Origin: Gammaproteobacteria bacterium
GTDB lineage: Bacteria > Pseudomonadota > Gammaproteobacteria > Ga0077536
Length of the DNA: 64,000 nucleotides
Direction of reading: 5' to 3'
Assembly (NCBI GenBank): GCA_038116745.1
Contig: JAYODW010000020.1
Coordinates: forward strand, 444-64,443
In this document: piece after piece, positions 53,254 to 63,735 of the stretch
How positions within the stretch are numbered: position 1 is the stretch's first letter
Layout of the letters: each line of letters starts with the position of its first letter
Made by a program: the position numbers and the translations under genes
Notes under the pieces: model-generated
What the model was told of the DNA's origin: nothing
Databases searched by the model: none
Seen by the model: the letters and a program-made list of their open reading frames with translations, nothing else

Positions 53254-53994
53254 ATGCGTGCCCGTGATGTAACGGGCAGCCGGCAGGCAGAAGTTCAAGG
53301 TCGCGTGGGCAACTTCTTCTGGCTCCGCGTAGCGCTTCAGAGCCACCCTGCGACGCGCGAACTCAGCCTTTGCGTCCTCCGGGATCGCCGCAGTCATGCC
53401 AGTTCGGATCGGTCCCGGGCAGATGCAGTTCACCGTCACGCCACGGGTACCCAGCTCCACCGCTAACGAGCGCGTCAGTCCAATAACGCCGGTCTTGGCT
53501 GCCGTGTAGGAACTCAGTCCCTTGGTCGCGCCCAGGCCTTCGGTCGAAGCGATATTCACGACCCTGCCACCCTCGCTCGCCAGCAGGTGGGGCAGACATT
53601 CACGGATCAACAGCACCTGGGCGGTGAGCAGAACGTCCACCGTGCGCCCCCAGGCTGCGGCGAAATCTTCGGCTTCGAGCGGACGCTCGAGCGCGATCCC
53701 GGCGTTGTTCACCAGGATATCGAGCCCGCCCCAGCGCTCGACGATCGATGCGACGACCGCTTTCCGATCGGCATCCGAACTTACATCCAGAACCCATCCC
53801 GCTGCGCTGCCGCCGGCCTGGGTGATCTCGTCCACAACCGCCTGCACTTTGTCTCCGTCGAGGTCGGTTACCGCAACGTGCGCACCCTCGTCAGCAAACA
53901 GATGCGCAGTAGCGCGCCCCATACCGCTGGCGGCACCGGTAACCAGGGCAATCCTGCCGGCAATACTTCGGCTGAGCGTGCTTAATCGGGCCAT
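53215..53994 (-). CDS. SDR-family oxidoreductase
   Basis: 259 aa with TGAASGMGRA, NNAG, Y..AK (SSYTAAKTG) and the C-terminus PVDGGMT. Confidence 0.9.
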   Translation of the reverse strand: MARLSTLSRSIAGRIALVTGAASGMGRATAHLFADEGAHVAVTDLDGDKVQAVVDEITQAGGSAAGWVLDVSSDADRKAVVASIVERWGGLDILVNNAGIALERPLEAEDFAAAWGRTVDVLLTAQVLLIRECLPHLLASEGGRVVNIASTEGLGATKGLSSYTAAKTGVIGLTRSLAVELGTRGVTVNCICPGPIRTGMTAAIPEDAKAEFARRRVALKRYAEPEEVAHATLNFCLPAARYITGTHLPVDGGMTIKNA

Positions 53995-54091
53995 ACTTTT
54001 CTCCTTTCAGGTTGATCGTTCTGGGCGTGGTTGTGCGCTTATGAAAGAAAGCATTCAGCTCAGTGCAGCGGTGGCTTCCTGACAGCCCGCG

Positions 54092-55690
54092 CTATACGGA
54101 GGCGGCCGCGCCCTCAGCGAGGGCCTGTTCCGCGAGGGCCCGCAGCCGGGCTTTCTGGATCTTGGTTCCATTGGCACTCGCCGTGGTGGGAAAAGCCTCG
54201 ATCGGGAACCATCGCTGCGGCACCTTGTAGCGTGCCAGTCGCGCCTGGCAGAACCTTTGCAACGCCGCCGCATCGAAAGCCGCTCCGGGTCTGACGACGA
54301 CAAACGCGACGGGCCGGGAGCGGCCTTCCAGGCTGACGGCGACAACCTGACTGGCGCTGACAGCGTCGTGGCTATCGATCACCGCTTCGATCTCGAGGGG
54401 GCTGACCAGGAATCCGCCCAGACGCAGCACATCTCCCTTGCGCGCCAGGTAGCGAAAGCGCCCGTCGTTTTCCAGGTAGCCGAGATCGCCGGTGCGCAGG
54501 AAACCGTCAGCAGTAAACGCCTCCCGGGTTGCCTCCGGATTACCGAAATACTCAAGCATCACGCTTGGCCCGGAAAGCTCAATTTCACCGGTTTCGCCAG
54601 GGGCGAGCAGCGCGCCGCTGTCCACGTCCCGGATCCGCACCCTGGCAGAGGCTGAAATCGGCCGGCCACCTCCCTCGCGACGAGCTGCCTGCGGCAGCTC
54701 CACCGGCTGGATTGCGAACAGCGCGTGGCACTCGCTCATGCCATAAAGCCCGCAAAGCTTCAGCCCACGCTGCTCAGCGGCCGCCACGATATCCTCGAGC
54801 TCCGGATTGAACGCCGCAAAGCCAACACGCACCAGACTGGGAAACGGAACCGCCTCGTTACGCGATTTAAGCAGGGCGTCGATCATATCGTCCACCGCGT
54901 GCAGGTCGGTGATGCCGCGCGTCTGAATCAGGCGCGCAGCCCGCTCTGCGTCGAATACTTCCATCAGCTCGACGGGTACATGCCCGACGAGCGCAGCCAG
55001 TGCCTGAGTGAAGCCGAACACGCCGCACATGGGCAGAGCCTGGAGCAGCCGGCGTCCGGGCGCGGCCATACCCAGGCCGGCGACTACCTCACGCGCATGC
55101 GTCAGTACGGACTGCTGTGTATGGCAGACGAACTTCGGAGCGCGAGTGGTCCCGGAAGTGGTGAAGATGATGCAACGATCGCCGTCATGCCCCGCCAGCG
55201 CTTCCAGCGGGTCCAAGGTCAGACAGTCTTCATAGCGGGACACGGGGATCGCCGGCGCAACCGGCAGGGCGGTCCCGCCGCTGCCACCGTAAGTCACGAT
55301 GTGGCTGATATTGCTGAGCATCCGCGGCTCGATGCCGGACAGGATCCCAGCGAAATCGATACCGTGAAAGTCGGGCCACAGCACCAGCACTTCGGCACCT
55401 GAGCGGTGCAGAATGTCACCCACCTCGTGCGCCCGGAAGCGCGTATTCACCGACACGGCTATCGCACCCAGCCTGACGCAGGCGAAAAACCCGGCCAGCC
55501 AGGCAGGGATATTGGGCAGCCACAAAGCAACACGTGTTCCCGGGCGAACGCCGAGTTCGCGCAGGGCCCGCGCGATACGCGCGCTGTCGTCCGCCAATCG
55601 AGCGGCGCTCCACTCGGTGTCCTGCCAGCTCAGCGCCTCCCGGTGTCGATCTCCCTCCGTCAGAACAGAAATAAGCGCGCTCAAACACAC
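54092..55690 (-). CDS. AMP-binding acyl-CoA synthetase/ligase
   Basis: 532 aa with a GTG start, FTTSGTTRAPK (degenerate P-loop), TGDLGY..DG.F.Y..R and a late GK (ANGTKIQK). Confidence 0.85.
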   Translation of the reverse strand: MCLSALISVLTEGDRHREALSWQDTEWSAARLADDSARIARALRELGVRPGTRVALWLPNIPAWLAGFFACVRLGAIAVSVNTRFRAHEVGDILHRSGAEVLVLWPDFHGIDFAGILSGIEPRMLSNISHIVTYGGSGGTALPVAPAIPVSRYEDCLTLDPLEALAGHDGDRCIIFTTSGTTRAPKFVCHTQQSVLTHAREVVAGLGMAAPGRRLLQALPMCGVFGFTQALAALVGHVPVELMEVFDAERAARLIQTRGITDLHAVDDMIDALLKSRNEAVPFPSLVRVGFAAFNPELEDIVAAAEQRGLKLCGLYGMSECHALFAIQPVELPQAARREGGGRPISASARVRIRDVDSGALLAPGETGEIELSGPSVMLEYFGNPEATREAFTADGFLRTGDLGYLENDGRFRYLARKGDVLRLGGFLVSPLEIEAVIDSHDAVSASQVVAVSLEGRSRPVAFVVVRPGAAFDAAALQRFCQARLARYKVPQRWFPIEAFPTTASANGTKIQKARLRALAEQALAEGAAASV

Positions 55691-55754
55691 TTCCCTCAGG
55701 TCACCCGAAAACGGCGCGCCGGCTGAGCCGGCGCGCTTTCAAGAATACGATAGT

Positions 55755-57602
55755 ATGCCGCGCCTGCTGCACAGCTCAGCCCGCCGCATGTCCTCAAACC
55801 ATCCCGCAGCCAAGCGCCGCCTGCGCGCACTGACGGCGCTCAAGCCTTTCCTGGCGCCCTACCGCAAGCGTCTGCTTGCCGCCGCCGTGGCGCTGCTGCT
55901 GGCCGCGCTGAGCATGCTGGCCATCCCCGTCGCGCTCCGGCATGTGATTGATCAGGCCGTGACACCATCGCAGGATGATGCTGCAGCGATGCAATTCGCC
56001 CTGCTGCTGGCTCTGGCTGTCTCCGCAGGCGGACTCGCTGCACTGCGTTTTTATCTGGTGTCCTGGCTTGGTGAACGCGTGGTTGCGGACCTGCGCTCCC
56101 GCGTCTTCGGCCACCTGCTCCATCTCCCGACCGAATTCTACGAATCAACACCGAGCGGCGAACTCATCTCACGCCTGACCGCGGACACCACCCTGATTCA
56201 GAACGTCGTCGGTAGCAGCATTTCAATCGCTCTACGCAGCACGCTGACTCTGTGCGGCGCGCTGATCATGCTGGCGGTGACAAGCCTCAAACTGGCCTCG
56301 ATCATCGTGGTCCTGGTGCCAGCTGTCGTACTGCCCATTGTTTTCATCGGACGGCGCGTGCGTCGGCTGTCACGCACTACTCAGGACCGTGTGGCCGACA
56401 CGGCCGCGCTGGCGGGCGAGGTGCTGCACGCGATCAGCCTGGTACAGGCTTTCAACCTGGAGGATGTGCAGCGCCAGCGGTATGACGACGCGGTGGATGC
56501 CTCGTTTACTGCAGCCTGCGGGCGCATGCGCCAGAGAGCCTGGCTCACGGCCTACGCCATAGTGACGGTTTTCAGCGGGCTCGTCGCCGTTCTCTGGCTG
56601 GGCGTGAACGAGGTTGTCAGCGGCTCAATGAGCAGCGGCCAGCTGGGTCAGTTTTTGCTCTATGCCCTGTTCGTCGGAGGTTCGACCGCCGGGCTTTCGG
56701 AGATTTGGGGCTCAATTCAGCAGGCGGCCGGTGCAGCGGAGCGCCTGGTTGAACTCCTGGCAACGCCACCGCTGCCCGCTGCGCCGTCAGGCATGCGCTC
56801 ACTGCCTGCGCGACCACGCGGCGAGCTCTGCTTCCGAGAGATCGATTTTGGCTACCCTTCGCGCGCACCGGACATGGCCCTGCGCGACTTTTCGCTGGAC
56901 GTAGGCGCGGGGGAAACCGTTGCGCTGGTGGGGGCGTCCGGGGCCGGGAAAAGTACTGTATTTCAGCTCGTGCTGGGCTTCAGGCAACCCTCGCGCGGCT
57001 TCATCAGTCTCGACGGCGTGAAGATCAACGAGATGCCTCTCGCAACGCTGCGCAGCCACCTGGCGGTGGTCCCGCAGCAGACCGTACTGTTCGCCGACAC
57101 CATCCGCGAGAACATCCGCATGGGCAGCCCCGGCGCATCCGATGCGGCGGTCCTGCGTGCTGCCTCTGCGGCCGGTGCAACCACATTCATCGAAGCGCTG
57201 CCGCTGGGATTTGACACTTTCGTCGGGGAAAAAGGCGTGCGCCTGTCTGGCGGGCAGCAACAGCGGATCGCCATTGCGCGCGCGGCGCTGCGCGAGCCGG
57301 CGGTGCTGCTGCTGGACGAAGCCACCAGCGCACTCGATGCAGAGAATCAGGCCCTAGTCCAGACGGCTTTGTCCGGTCTGCAGAGCAACCGGACGACGTT
57401 GATCATTGCCCATCGCCTGTCTACCGTACGCGGGGCCGACCGCATTGTGCTTCTGGATCACGGGCGCATTGCCGGCATCGGTCGGCATGAAGATCTACTT
57501 CGTGAGCATCCGGGCTATGCGCGCCTCGCGCATCTGGAACTCGAACACGCGGACGGCAGTCCCGCCCGCCACTACGACACTGCTGCAGGAGGCCTGCTAT
57601 GA
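55755..57602 (+). CDS. ABC exporter, fused permease/ATPase (MsbA-like half transporter)
   Basis: Lies in ORF 55413..57602, with the ATG at 55755 preferred (55788 is also possible). It has 6 TM segments, Walker A GASGAGKST, signature LSGGQQQR and Walker B LLLDEATSALD. Confidence 0.85.
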   Translation: MPRLLHSSARRMSSNHPAAKRRLRALTALKPFLAPYRKRLLAAAVALLLAALSMLAIPVALRHVIDQAVTPSQDDAAAMQFALLLALAVSAGGLAALRFYLVSWLGERVVADLRSRVFGHLLHLPTEFYESTPSGELISRLTADTTLIQNVVGSSISIALRSTLTLCGALIMLAVTSLKLASIIVVLVPAVVLPIVFIGRRVRRLSRTTQDRVADTAALAGEVLHAISLVQAFNLEDVQRQRYDDAVDASFTAACGRMRQRAWLTAYAIVTVFSGLVAVLWLGVNEVVSGSMSSGQLGQFLLYALFVGGSTAGLSEIWGSIQQAAGAAERLVELLATPPLPAAPSGMRSLPARPRGELCFREIDFGYPSRAPDMALRDFSLDVGAGETVALVGASGAGKSTVFQLVLGFRQPSRGFISLDGVKINEMPLATLRSHLAVVPQQTVLFADTIRENIRMGSPGASDAAVLRAASAAGATTFIEALPLGFDTFVGEKGVRLSGGQQQRIAIARAALREPAVLLLDEATSALDAENQALVQTALSGLQSNRTTLIIAHRLSTVRGADRIVLLDHGRIAGIGRHEDLLREHPGYARLAHLELEHADGSPARHYDTAAGGLL

Positions 57603-58234
57603 AGTTTTACGACTGCGCCATCGCTCCTAACCCAAGACGAGCACGAATGTTCATAGCGGAAAAAGAACTCGACATTGAAATGGTCGAGGTGGATATCCTC
57701 GGCGGCGAAAACCTGCGTCCCGACTTCCTGGCGATCAATCCCCGCGGCCTGCTCCCCGTGCTCGAGTTGGACGACGGCACGCGCTTCGACGAGGTCATGG
57801 CAATCTGCCGCTATCTCGAGGCAGTCAAACCCGCACCGGCATTGCTCGGTCATGACCCTGTAGCTCAGGCCATCGTGGAGCAGCGTCAGCGCAAGATGGA
57901 ATTCGACGGCATGATCGCGACCTCCGAGGTTTTCAGGAACAGTCATCCTGACTTCACCGAACGCGGGATCCCCGGCGGTGGGACAGCCGCGATCGCGGCT
58001 GTCCCCGGTCTTGTAGACCGAGGACGTCAGACACTGGGACGTTTCTTCGAGTGGCTTGAACGCTACCTTGAAGACGCACCGTATGTCGCCGGTGAACGTT
58101 TCTCCATGGCTGACATCACGGCCGTGTGTGCAATCGATTTCGCCGCCTGGGTCAAGATCGGGATCCCGGAAAACAACCGGCGAACGCTCGCCTGGTATGA
58201 AGCGGTGTCCGCCCGTCCGAGCGCCAAAGCGTAG
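57599..58234 (+). CDS. Glutathione S-transferase
   Basis: 211 aa with an N-terminal thioredoxin-like fold (P.R.R.F..EK.......V.......P.FL.INP.G..PVLE.DDG). An ATGA overlap links it to the ABC gene. Confidence 0.85.
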   Translation: MKFYDCAIAPNPRRARMFIAEKELDIEMVEVDILGGENLRPDFLAINPRGLLPVLELDDGTRFDEVMAICRYLEAVKPAPALLGHDPVAQAIVEQRQRKMEFDGMIATSEVFRNSHPDFTERGIPGGGTAAIAAVPGLVDRGRQTLGRFFEWLERYLEDAPYVAGERFSMADITAVCAIDFAAWVKIGIPENNRRTLAWYEAVSARPSAKA

Positions 58235-58235
58235 C

Positions 58236-60107
58236 TCAGACACCCCCCCTGGCAACCCGTGTTTCCAGCGCGGGTATCGGGCAATCGAGCGCCATCCCCA
58301 CGGCCTGCAGCAGGGCTCGTTCTTTCGCTGTCACCTGGCCGTCATGCAGCACGCAATCTGCGCAGGCCTGGATGACATTGCGCTGCAGCAGCGGCACCAG
58401 ATGCAGAAGCTGATCCAGCGCATGGCTGAACCGCGGCCCGGCAATAACCTCCCCGGGGATCAGTTCGCCGGAGAATCCGAAAGGCGCCCAGGCTCGGGAG
58501 AAAGCCGCCCCGGCGTCACCCCACTCGTCCGCACCAGACCAGGCCATCGCACTCAGCACGCCACGTAGTTCGTCCCTGACTGTATCGAAGGCGAAATGAC
58601 GAGGCTTAACGGTGCGCCCTGCAGATGCCCCCAGGTGATCCTGCAGAATGAAGCAGAGCGTCAGCTCAAACGTGCCGAGCGGCTTTCCGGCCGCGATCTC
58701 CTCATCGAGCTCTGCGAGAAACTGCGCACGCGCCGCCGCCGGCAGCCGTTTCAACTCTGTCAGCGCCGGCTGAAACAGATAAAGGCGTTGCGCCATATCC
58801 AGCGGATCGGTCGTTAAAGCGCACGTTTCACTCGGCGCGCCGCCAGGAGCGGCTGCGGCATCCGTCATCGCGGGCGCCGCGCCCCCGTGTTTGATTAAAG
58901 TCAAAATCAGGGATGCAGCGGCAGAGCTGTCGTGTGCGGCCCGCAGAAGTTCCTGGGGCAGCGCAGACTGCGTCGCGCCGACGAGGCGCATCTGGTTGCT
59001 GTCCAGCGTTCCTGCAGCCAGCGCGATCTCTGCTGCACCGAGTCGCTCAGGGATCGCGGTCCCCGCCATTTGCGGCTCGTGTGTATCTGCAGCTTCACGC
59101 ACAGAATCGTGTCCCCGCGCAGTCGTCTCGCGTTGCAGCAGACCCGGGTCAATGGCGCGGATCCGCTGTTCCAACCGCGGGTGTGTCGCCGTCCATGCCG
59201 CGAGCGCAGTTTTGATCGGTGCGCTGAAGCAGAAATGACTCACGTCCTCCGCACGTCGGTGATCCAAGCTCGAACCGTTGGAGAGACGCCTGATCTGCAG
59301 CAGTGCACCGGCCAGCCCCTCGGGGAGACGGGTGAACTGGACCGCCGAGGCATCAGCTAGAAACTCCCGCTGCCGCGAGACCGCCGCTTTAATCAGCATG
59401 CCGCTGAAAAAACCTGCATAGCCCACCAGGACCACCATGAAGCCAAGAAGCAGGAGGGGGCCTGCGTTTTTCCCGGCCCGACGCCCCGAACGCATGACGA
59501 AGCGACCGATCTGCCCGATGGCGAGCAACCCGGAGAGCGCCCCCATAAGGCGCATATTGAGCCGCATATCCCCGTTGAAAACGTGGCTGAACTCATGCGC
59601 CACCACGCCCTGCAGCTGGTTTCTGTCGAGATGCTCGAGTGCGCCCCGGGTGACAACCATGACCGTTTCGGTCGGGCGTAATCCCGCGACAAACGCGTTG
59701 ATACCCGATTCCCGATCGAGGATGTAGAGGGTCGGCAACGGCAGACCGGCCGCGAGCGACATCTCCTCCACGACATTCTGCAATCGACGTTCCCCGGCAT
59801 GCTCCGGCCTGCCCTGGCTCAGCCGTGCGCCGAGCATATCCGCCAGCGCGGCGCCTCCGCTGCGCAGCCTGAACGCAGTCCACAGGCTTGCACCGGCGGT
59901 GAGCCCCAGAACCGCAGCGCTCAACCAGAGCCAGTAAGGCGCCGCCAGCCAGCCACGAATATTCATGGCGGAGTCAGTCAGCTGGAGGTAAGCGAGATAA
60001 GCGACCCCGTTAAGCGCGACAGTGGTGAGCAGCACAGCGCCAGCGAAAAGGCCAAGCAGCCATCCGGTCCGCCGGCGCGCCCGATCCTGGTGTTCGTAGA
60101 AATTCAT
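58236..60107 (-). CDS. M48-family Zn metalloprotease with ~290-aa C-terminal extension
   Basis: 623 aa with N-terminal TM helices and the HEXXH motif VVAHEFSHVFNGD. The C-terminal end ...CVLHDGQVTAKERALLQAVGMAL resembles a TerB/DjlA-N-like motif. Confidence 0.8.
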   Translation of the reverse strand: MNFYEHQDRARRRTGWLLGLFAGAVLLTTVALNGVAYLAYLQLTDSAMNIRGWLAAPYWLWLSAAVLGLTAGASLWTAFRLRSGGAALADMLGARLSQGRPEHAGERRLQNVVEEMSLAAGLPLPTLYILDRESGINAFVAGLRPTETVMVVTRGALEHLDRNQLQGVVAHEFSHVFNGDMRLNMRLMGALSGLLAIGQIGRFVMRSGRRAGKNAGPLLLLGFMVVLVGYAGFFSGMLIKAAVSRQREFLADASAVQFTRLPEGLAGALLQIRRLSNGSSLDHRRAEDVSHFCFSAPIKTALAAWTATHPRLEQRIRAIDPGLLQRETTARGHDSVREAADTHEPQMAGTAIPERLGAAEIALAAGTLDSNQMRLVGATQSALPQELLRAAHDSSAAASLILTLIKHGGAAPAMTDAAAAPGGAPSETCALTTDPLDMAQRLYLFQPALTELKRLPAAARAQFLAELDEEIAAGKPLGTFELTLCFILQDHLGASAGRTVKPRHFAFDTVRDELRGVLSAMAWSGADEWGDAGAAFSRAWAPFGFSGELIPGEVIAGPRFSHALDQLLHLVPLLQRNVIQACADCVLHDGQVTAKERALLQAVGMALDCPIPALETRVARGGV

Positions 60108-60167
60108 CGCCGTTCACATGCCGCGGGAAAACACGCCAGTCCTTCCCGGCTGCATAGCGCACTACAC

Positions 60168-60758
60168 TCAGAAGGAAACCTTCGGGGCCTCGCGCACGCT
60201 GGGATCCTGAACCGTCAGCAGCTCCGCCGGCGCGAAATTGAACATACCCGCGACGAGATTGTCAGGAAACTGCTCGCGGCGATTGTTGTAGCTTGTTACC
60301 GCATCGTTGAAGTGCTGGCGGGAGAAAGACACCTTGTTCTCCGTTGCGCTCAGCTCCTCCATCAAATCACGCATCGTCTGGTTGGCTTTCAGATCCGGGT
60401 AGGCTTCTGCCAGCGCAAAAAAACGGCCCAGCGCGCTGCCTAGCATGCCTTCCGCGGCCCCCAGTGCGCCTATCCGCTGCCCTTCTTCGGGCCGAGACGC
60501 TGCATCCCTGGCGGCACCCTGCGCGCGGTTCCGCGCCTGGATGACAGCTTCAAGCGTCTCGCGCTCGTGCGCCAGATAGCCTTTGGCGGTTTCCACGAGG
60601 TTCGGGATCAGGTCGTAGCGCCGCTGCAGCTGAACATCGATCTGGGCGTACGCGTTCTTGAAACGATTCCGATCGGCGACCAGTTTGTTGTACATCCCCA
60701 CGAGATAAATAGCGGCAACGATGAGGACGGCCAGCACAATCAGAGTGCCTGTCTCCAT
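60168..60758 (-). CDS. LemA family protein
   Basis: 196 aa with one N-terminal TM segment and YNKLV..RN..KNAYAQIDVQLQRRYDLIPNLVETAKGY. Confidence 0.9.
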   Translation of the reverse strand: METGTLIVLAVLIVAAIYLVGMYNKLVADRNRFKNAYAQIDVQLQRRYDLIPNLVETAKGYLAHERETLEAVIQARNRAQGAARDAASRPEEGQRIGALGAAEGMLGSALGRFFALAEAYPDLKANQTMRDLMEELSATENKVSFSRQHFNDAVTSYNNRREQFPDNLVAGMFNFAPAELLTVQDPSVREAPKVSF

Positions 60759-60867
60759 GGTGGGTTCTCCCGGTGAAGCTGGTTCGAGTATAGCGGAGGC
60801 CTCTGAGCTGTCCGCCCGTGCTCAAAAGTCGACATCCAGAAACGCAGGACGTCAGCCTGAAGGTCCG

Positions 60868-62718
60868 TCACACCTCGGGGAGGTCCGGATCAAGGGCGGC
60901 CTCAGGCGGCACGGATGCCAGATTCTCGAGCTGGCGCTGCCACATCAGCGAATAAACGCCGTCCATCGCCAGCAGTGCGGCATGCCGTCCGCGCTCGACG
61001 ATCACGCCATCCTGCAGCACCAGGATCTCGTCGGCATCGACCACCGTGGACAGTCGATGCGCAATCACCAGCGTCGTGTGTCCGCGGGATACCTCTTTCA
61101 GCGCCGCCTGGATCTCGCGTTCGGTTCGCGTATCGAGCGCGGACGTTGCCTCGTCGAAGATCAGGACCCGCGGGTGCTTGAGAATGGTGCGCGCGATCGC
61201 CACGCGCTGCTTCTCACCCCCTGACAGCTTGAGTCCCCGTTCCCCGACCATGGTCTGATAGCCATCCGGCAGCTGCATAATGAAATCATGGATCTGCGCG
61301 TGACGTGCGGCGCTTTCGACCTCTTCGACCGACGCCCCGGGACGGCCATAGGCGATGTTGTAGTAGACCGTATCGTTGAACAGCACGGTGTCCTGCGGCA
61401 CGACCCCGATCGCGGCCCGCAGAGAACTCTGGCTGAGCGTACGGATGTCCTGTCCATCGATAAGCACAGCACCTTCATCGACGTCATAAAACCGGAACAG
61501 CAGCCGCGCCAGGGTTGATTTACCGGCGCCGCTGGGACCGACAACGGCCAGACGTTTCCCCGCGGGGATCGTGAAGCTCACTCCATGCAGGATCCGGCGA
61601 CGCGGCTCATACGCAAAACTGACCTGCTCAAACGTCACCGCACCCGGTCCCGGGCCCAACGGCCGGGCATCTGTCTGGTCCTCGACTTCGATGCCTTCAT
61701 CGAGCAGGTGAAACATCGCCTCCATGTCGGTGAGCGACTGTTTGATCTCGCGATAAACAAAGCCAAGAAAGTTCAGGGGCATATAAAGCTGGATGAGATA
61801 CGTATTGACCAGCACGAAGTCCCCGACGGTCAGCGTGCCGTCCATGACGCCCTGCCCCGCCATGGCCATGATCAGCGTCAGCCCGCTGCCGATAATGGCG
61901 GCCTGGCCGATATTCAGCAGCGCCAGCGATACCTTGCTCTGGACCGCGGCCTGTTCGTAGCGCGCCAGCGCATGGTCAAAGCGCTTTGCCTCGTATCCCT
62001 CGTTGCCGAAGTATTTAACCGTTTCGTAGTTGAGCAGGCTGTCAATCGCCCGAGTATTCGCCTCCTGGTCGGTGGCGTTCATACGCCGGCGATATTCCAG
62101 CCGCCACTCGGTGACGGCCAGCGTGAACGCGATGTACCCAGCGATGGTGCCGAAGGTCACCAATGCATAACGGATGTCGAACAACACCCACAGGATGCCG
62201 CATACAAGGCCGATCTCGAGCAGCGTCGGGATGATATTGAACAGCATGAAAGTCAGCAGGAAATCGATGCCTTTCGTGCCACGCTCAATCGCGCGCGACA
62301 GTCCGCCGGTCTGGCGGTCGAGGTGAAATCGCAGGGAAAGCTCGTGCAGATGTCGGAAGGTGCTGAGCGCGACGTCGCGGATTGCGTGCTGGGCCACGCG
62401 GGCGAAGACCCAGTCACGCAGCTCTGCAAACGCGATCTGCAGGATGCGCAGCAGGCCATAGCCCACCAGCAAACCCAGCGGCAGCACCACGGGCAGCGCG
62501 CCGGGATCGGCGAAGAGGTCGACCATCTGTTTATAGACCAGCGGCACGTAGACCGTGGTCAGCTTGGCGAGACCCAGAAAACCGAGCGCCGTGACCACGC
62601 GCAGGCGAATCCCTGAATTTCCCCGCGGCCACAGATACGGCAGCAGTGCACGCAGCGCACCCCATTCGAACCGGGTGTCGAGCTTGCGACCAGAATGAGT
62701 TCGATGGGGAGGAGTCAT
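60868..62718 (-). CDS. ABC exporter, fused permease/ATPase (Atm1/ABCB7/HMT1-like)
   Basis: 616 aa with LLPYLWP..., Walker A GPSGAGKST, signature LSGGEKQRVAIAR and Walker B LIFDEATSALD. Confidence 0.85.
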   Translation of the reverse strand: MTPPHRTHSGRKLDTRFEWGALRALLPYLWPRGNSGIRLRVVTALGFLGLAKLTTVYVPLVYKQMVDLFADPGALPVVLPLGLLVGYGLLRILQIAFAELRDWVFARVAQHAIRDVALSTFRHLHELSLRFHLDRQTGGLSRAIERGTKGIDFLLTFMLFNIIPTLLEIGLVCGILWVLFDIRYALVTFGTIAGYIAFTLAVTEWRLEYRRRMNATDQEANTRAIDSLLNYETVKYFGNEGYEAKRFDHALARYEQAAVQSKVSLALLNIGQAAIIGSGLTLIMAMAGQGVMDGTLTVGDFVLVNTYLIQLYMPLNFLGFVYREIKQSLTDMEAMFHLLDEGIEVEDQTDARPLGPGPGAVTFEQVSFAYEPRRRILHGVSFTIPAGKRLAVVGPSGAGKSTLARLLFRFYDVDEGAVLIDGQDIRTLSQSSLRAAIGVVPQDTVLFNDTVYYNIAYGRPGASVEEVESAARHAQIHDFIMQLPDGYQTMVGERGLKLSGGEKQRVAIARTILKHPRVLIFDEATSALDTRTEREIQAALKEVSRGHTTLVIAHRLSTVVDADEILVLQDGVIVERGRHAALLAMDGVYSLMWQRQLENLASVPPEAALDPDLPEV

Positions 62719-62852
62719 GCAGAGCGGGCTACAGATGCGCGCGGCAGTATAGCGACACCATCACGCCGCATTGCCAGCGTCGACGGCGCTGGTGTACAAA
62801 ACATCCTGTTGCCTTTCAGCAACCACAATCACAACCAGCTGAGGAGAATCGC

Positions 62853-63698
62853 GTGAAATTCGGCACCATGCTCTATTCCACTGACTACGCCATGCGTCCG
62901 GACGAATTCGCTCTGGCCTGCGAAGAACGCGGTTTCGAATCCGTGTGGCTGCCCGAACACACCCATATTCCTGCCAGCCGGCGCACACCGTTCCCCGGCG
63001 GCGGCGATCTGCCGCAGGACTACTGGCACATCCTCGATCCGTTCCTGGCCCTGACCGCCGCGGCCGCGGTCACTAAAACCATCAAGCTCGCGACGGGTGT
63101 GTGCCTGATCACCGAACGCGATCCCATCGTGCTGGCCAAGGAAGTCGCCACGCTGGATTTAATCTCCAACGGGCGCTTCATCTTCGGTATCGGCGCCGGC
63201 TGGAACGCCGAGGAAATGGAAAATCACGGCACCGCCTTCAAGGAGCGCTGGAAAGTTCTCGAGGAACGCATCGAGGCCATGAAAGCCTGCTGGACGCAGG
63301 ATGATTCGGAGTATCACGGCAAATATGTCGATTTCGACCCCATCTGGTCCTGGCCCAAACCCGTCCAGAAGCCGCATCCGCCCATTGTGATGGGCGCGGC
63401 TTCATCCTGGGGGCGCGAGCGGGTGGCACGCTACTGCGACGGCTGGGTCCCGCTGCCGATGCAGATGAAGAACATAGACAGCGAGATGGCCGACCTCAAC
63501 GCGCGTCTTGCGCAGCATGGACGCAAACCCGGCGATATCGAGATTTCCTTTTTCTGGGCGCCTGAGGATGCCGATGAGCTTAAACATTACCAGGATCTCG
63601 GCGTCCATCGGGCCATCCTTGGCTGCCCTGCGGACTCGCGTGACGCCACGCTGACGCTGCTCGACAAGCACGCCGCGCTCATGGCTGCAGTCGGATGA
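62853..63698 (+). CDS. LLM-class F420-dependent-type oxidoreductase
   Basis: Lies in ORF 62646..63698. The GTG at 62853 lies 6 nt after AGGAGA, giving VKFGTMLYSTDYAMRPDEFA...ERGFESVWLPEHTHIP and GRFIFGIGAGWN. Confidence 0.8.
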   Translation: MKFGTMLYSTDYAMRPDEFALACEERGFESVWLPEHTHIPASRRTPFPGGGDLPQDYWHILDPFLALTAAAAVTKTIKLATGVCLITERDPIVLAKEVATLDLISNGRFIFGIGAGWNAEEMENHGTAFKERWKVLEERIEAMKACWTQDDSEYHGKYVDFDPIWSWPKPVQKPHPPIVMGAASSWGRERVARYCDGWVPLPMQMKNIDSEMADLNARLAQHGRKPGDIEISFFWAPEDADELKHYQDLGVHRAILGCPADSRDATLTLLDKHAALMAAVG

Positions 63699-63735
63699 GC
63701 GCACTGTACCGGCAGCCCAGGTGAGCTCGGCCGTA

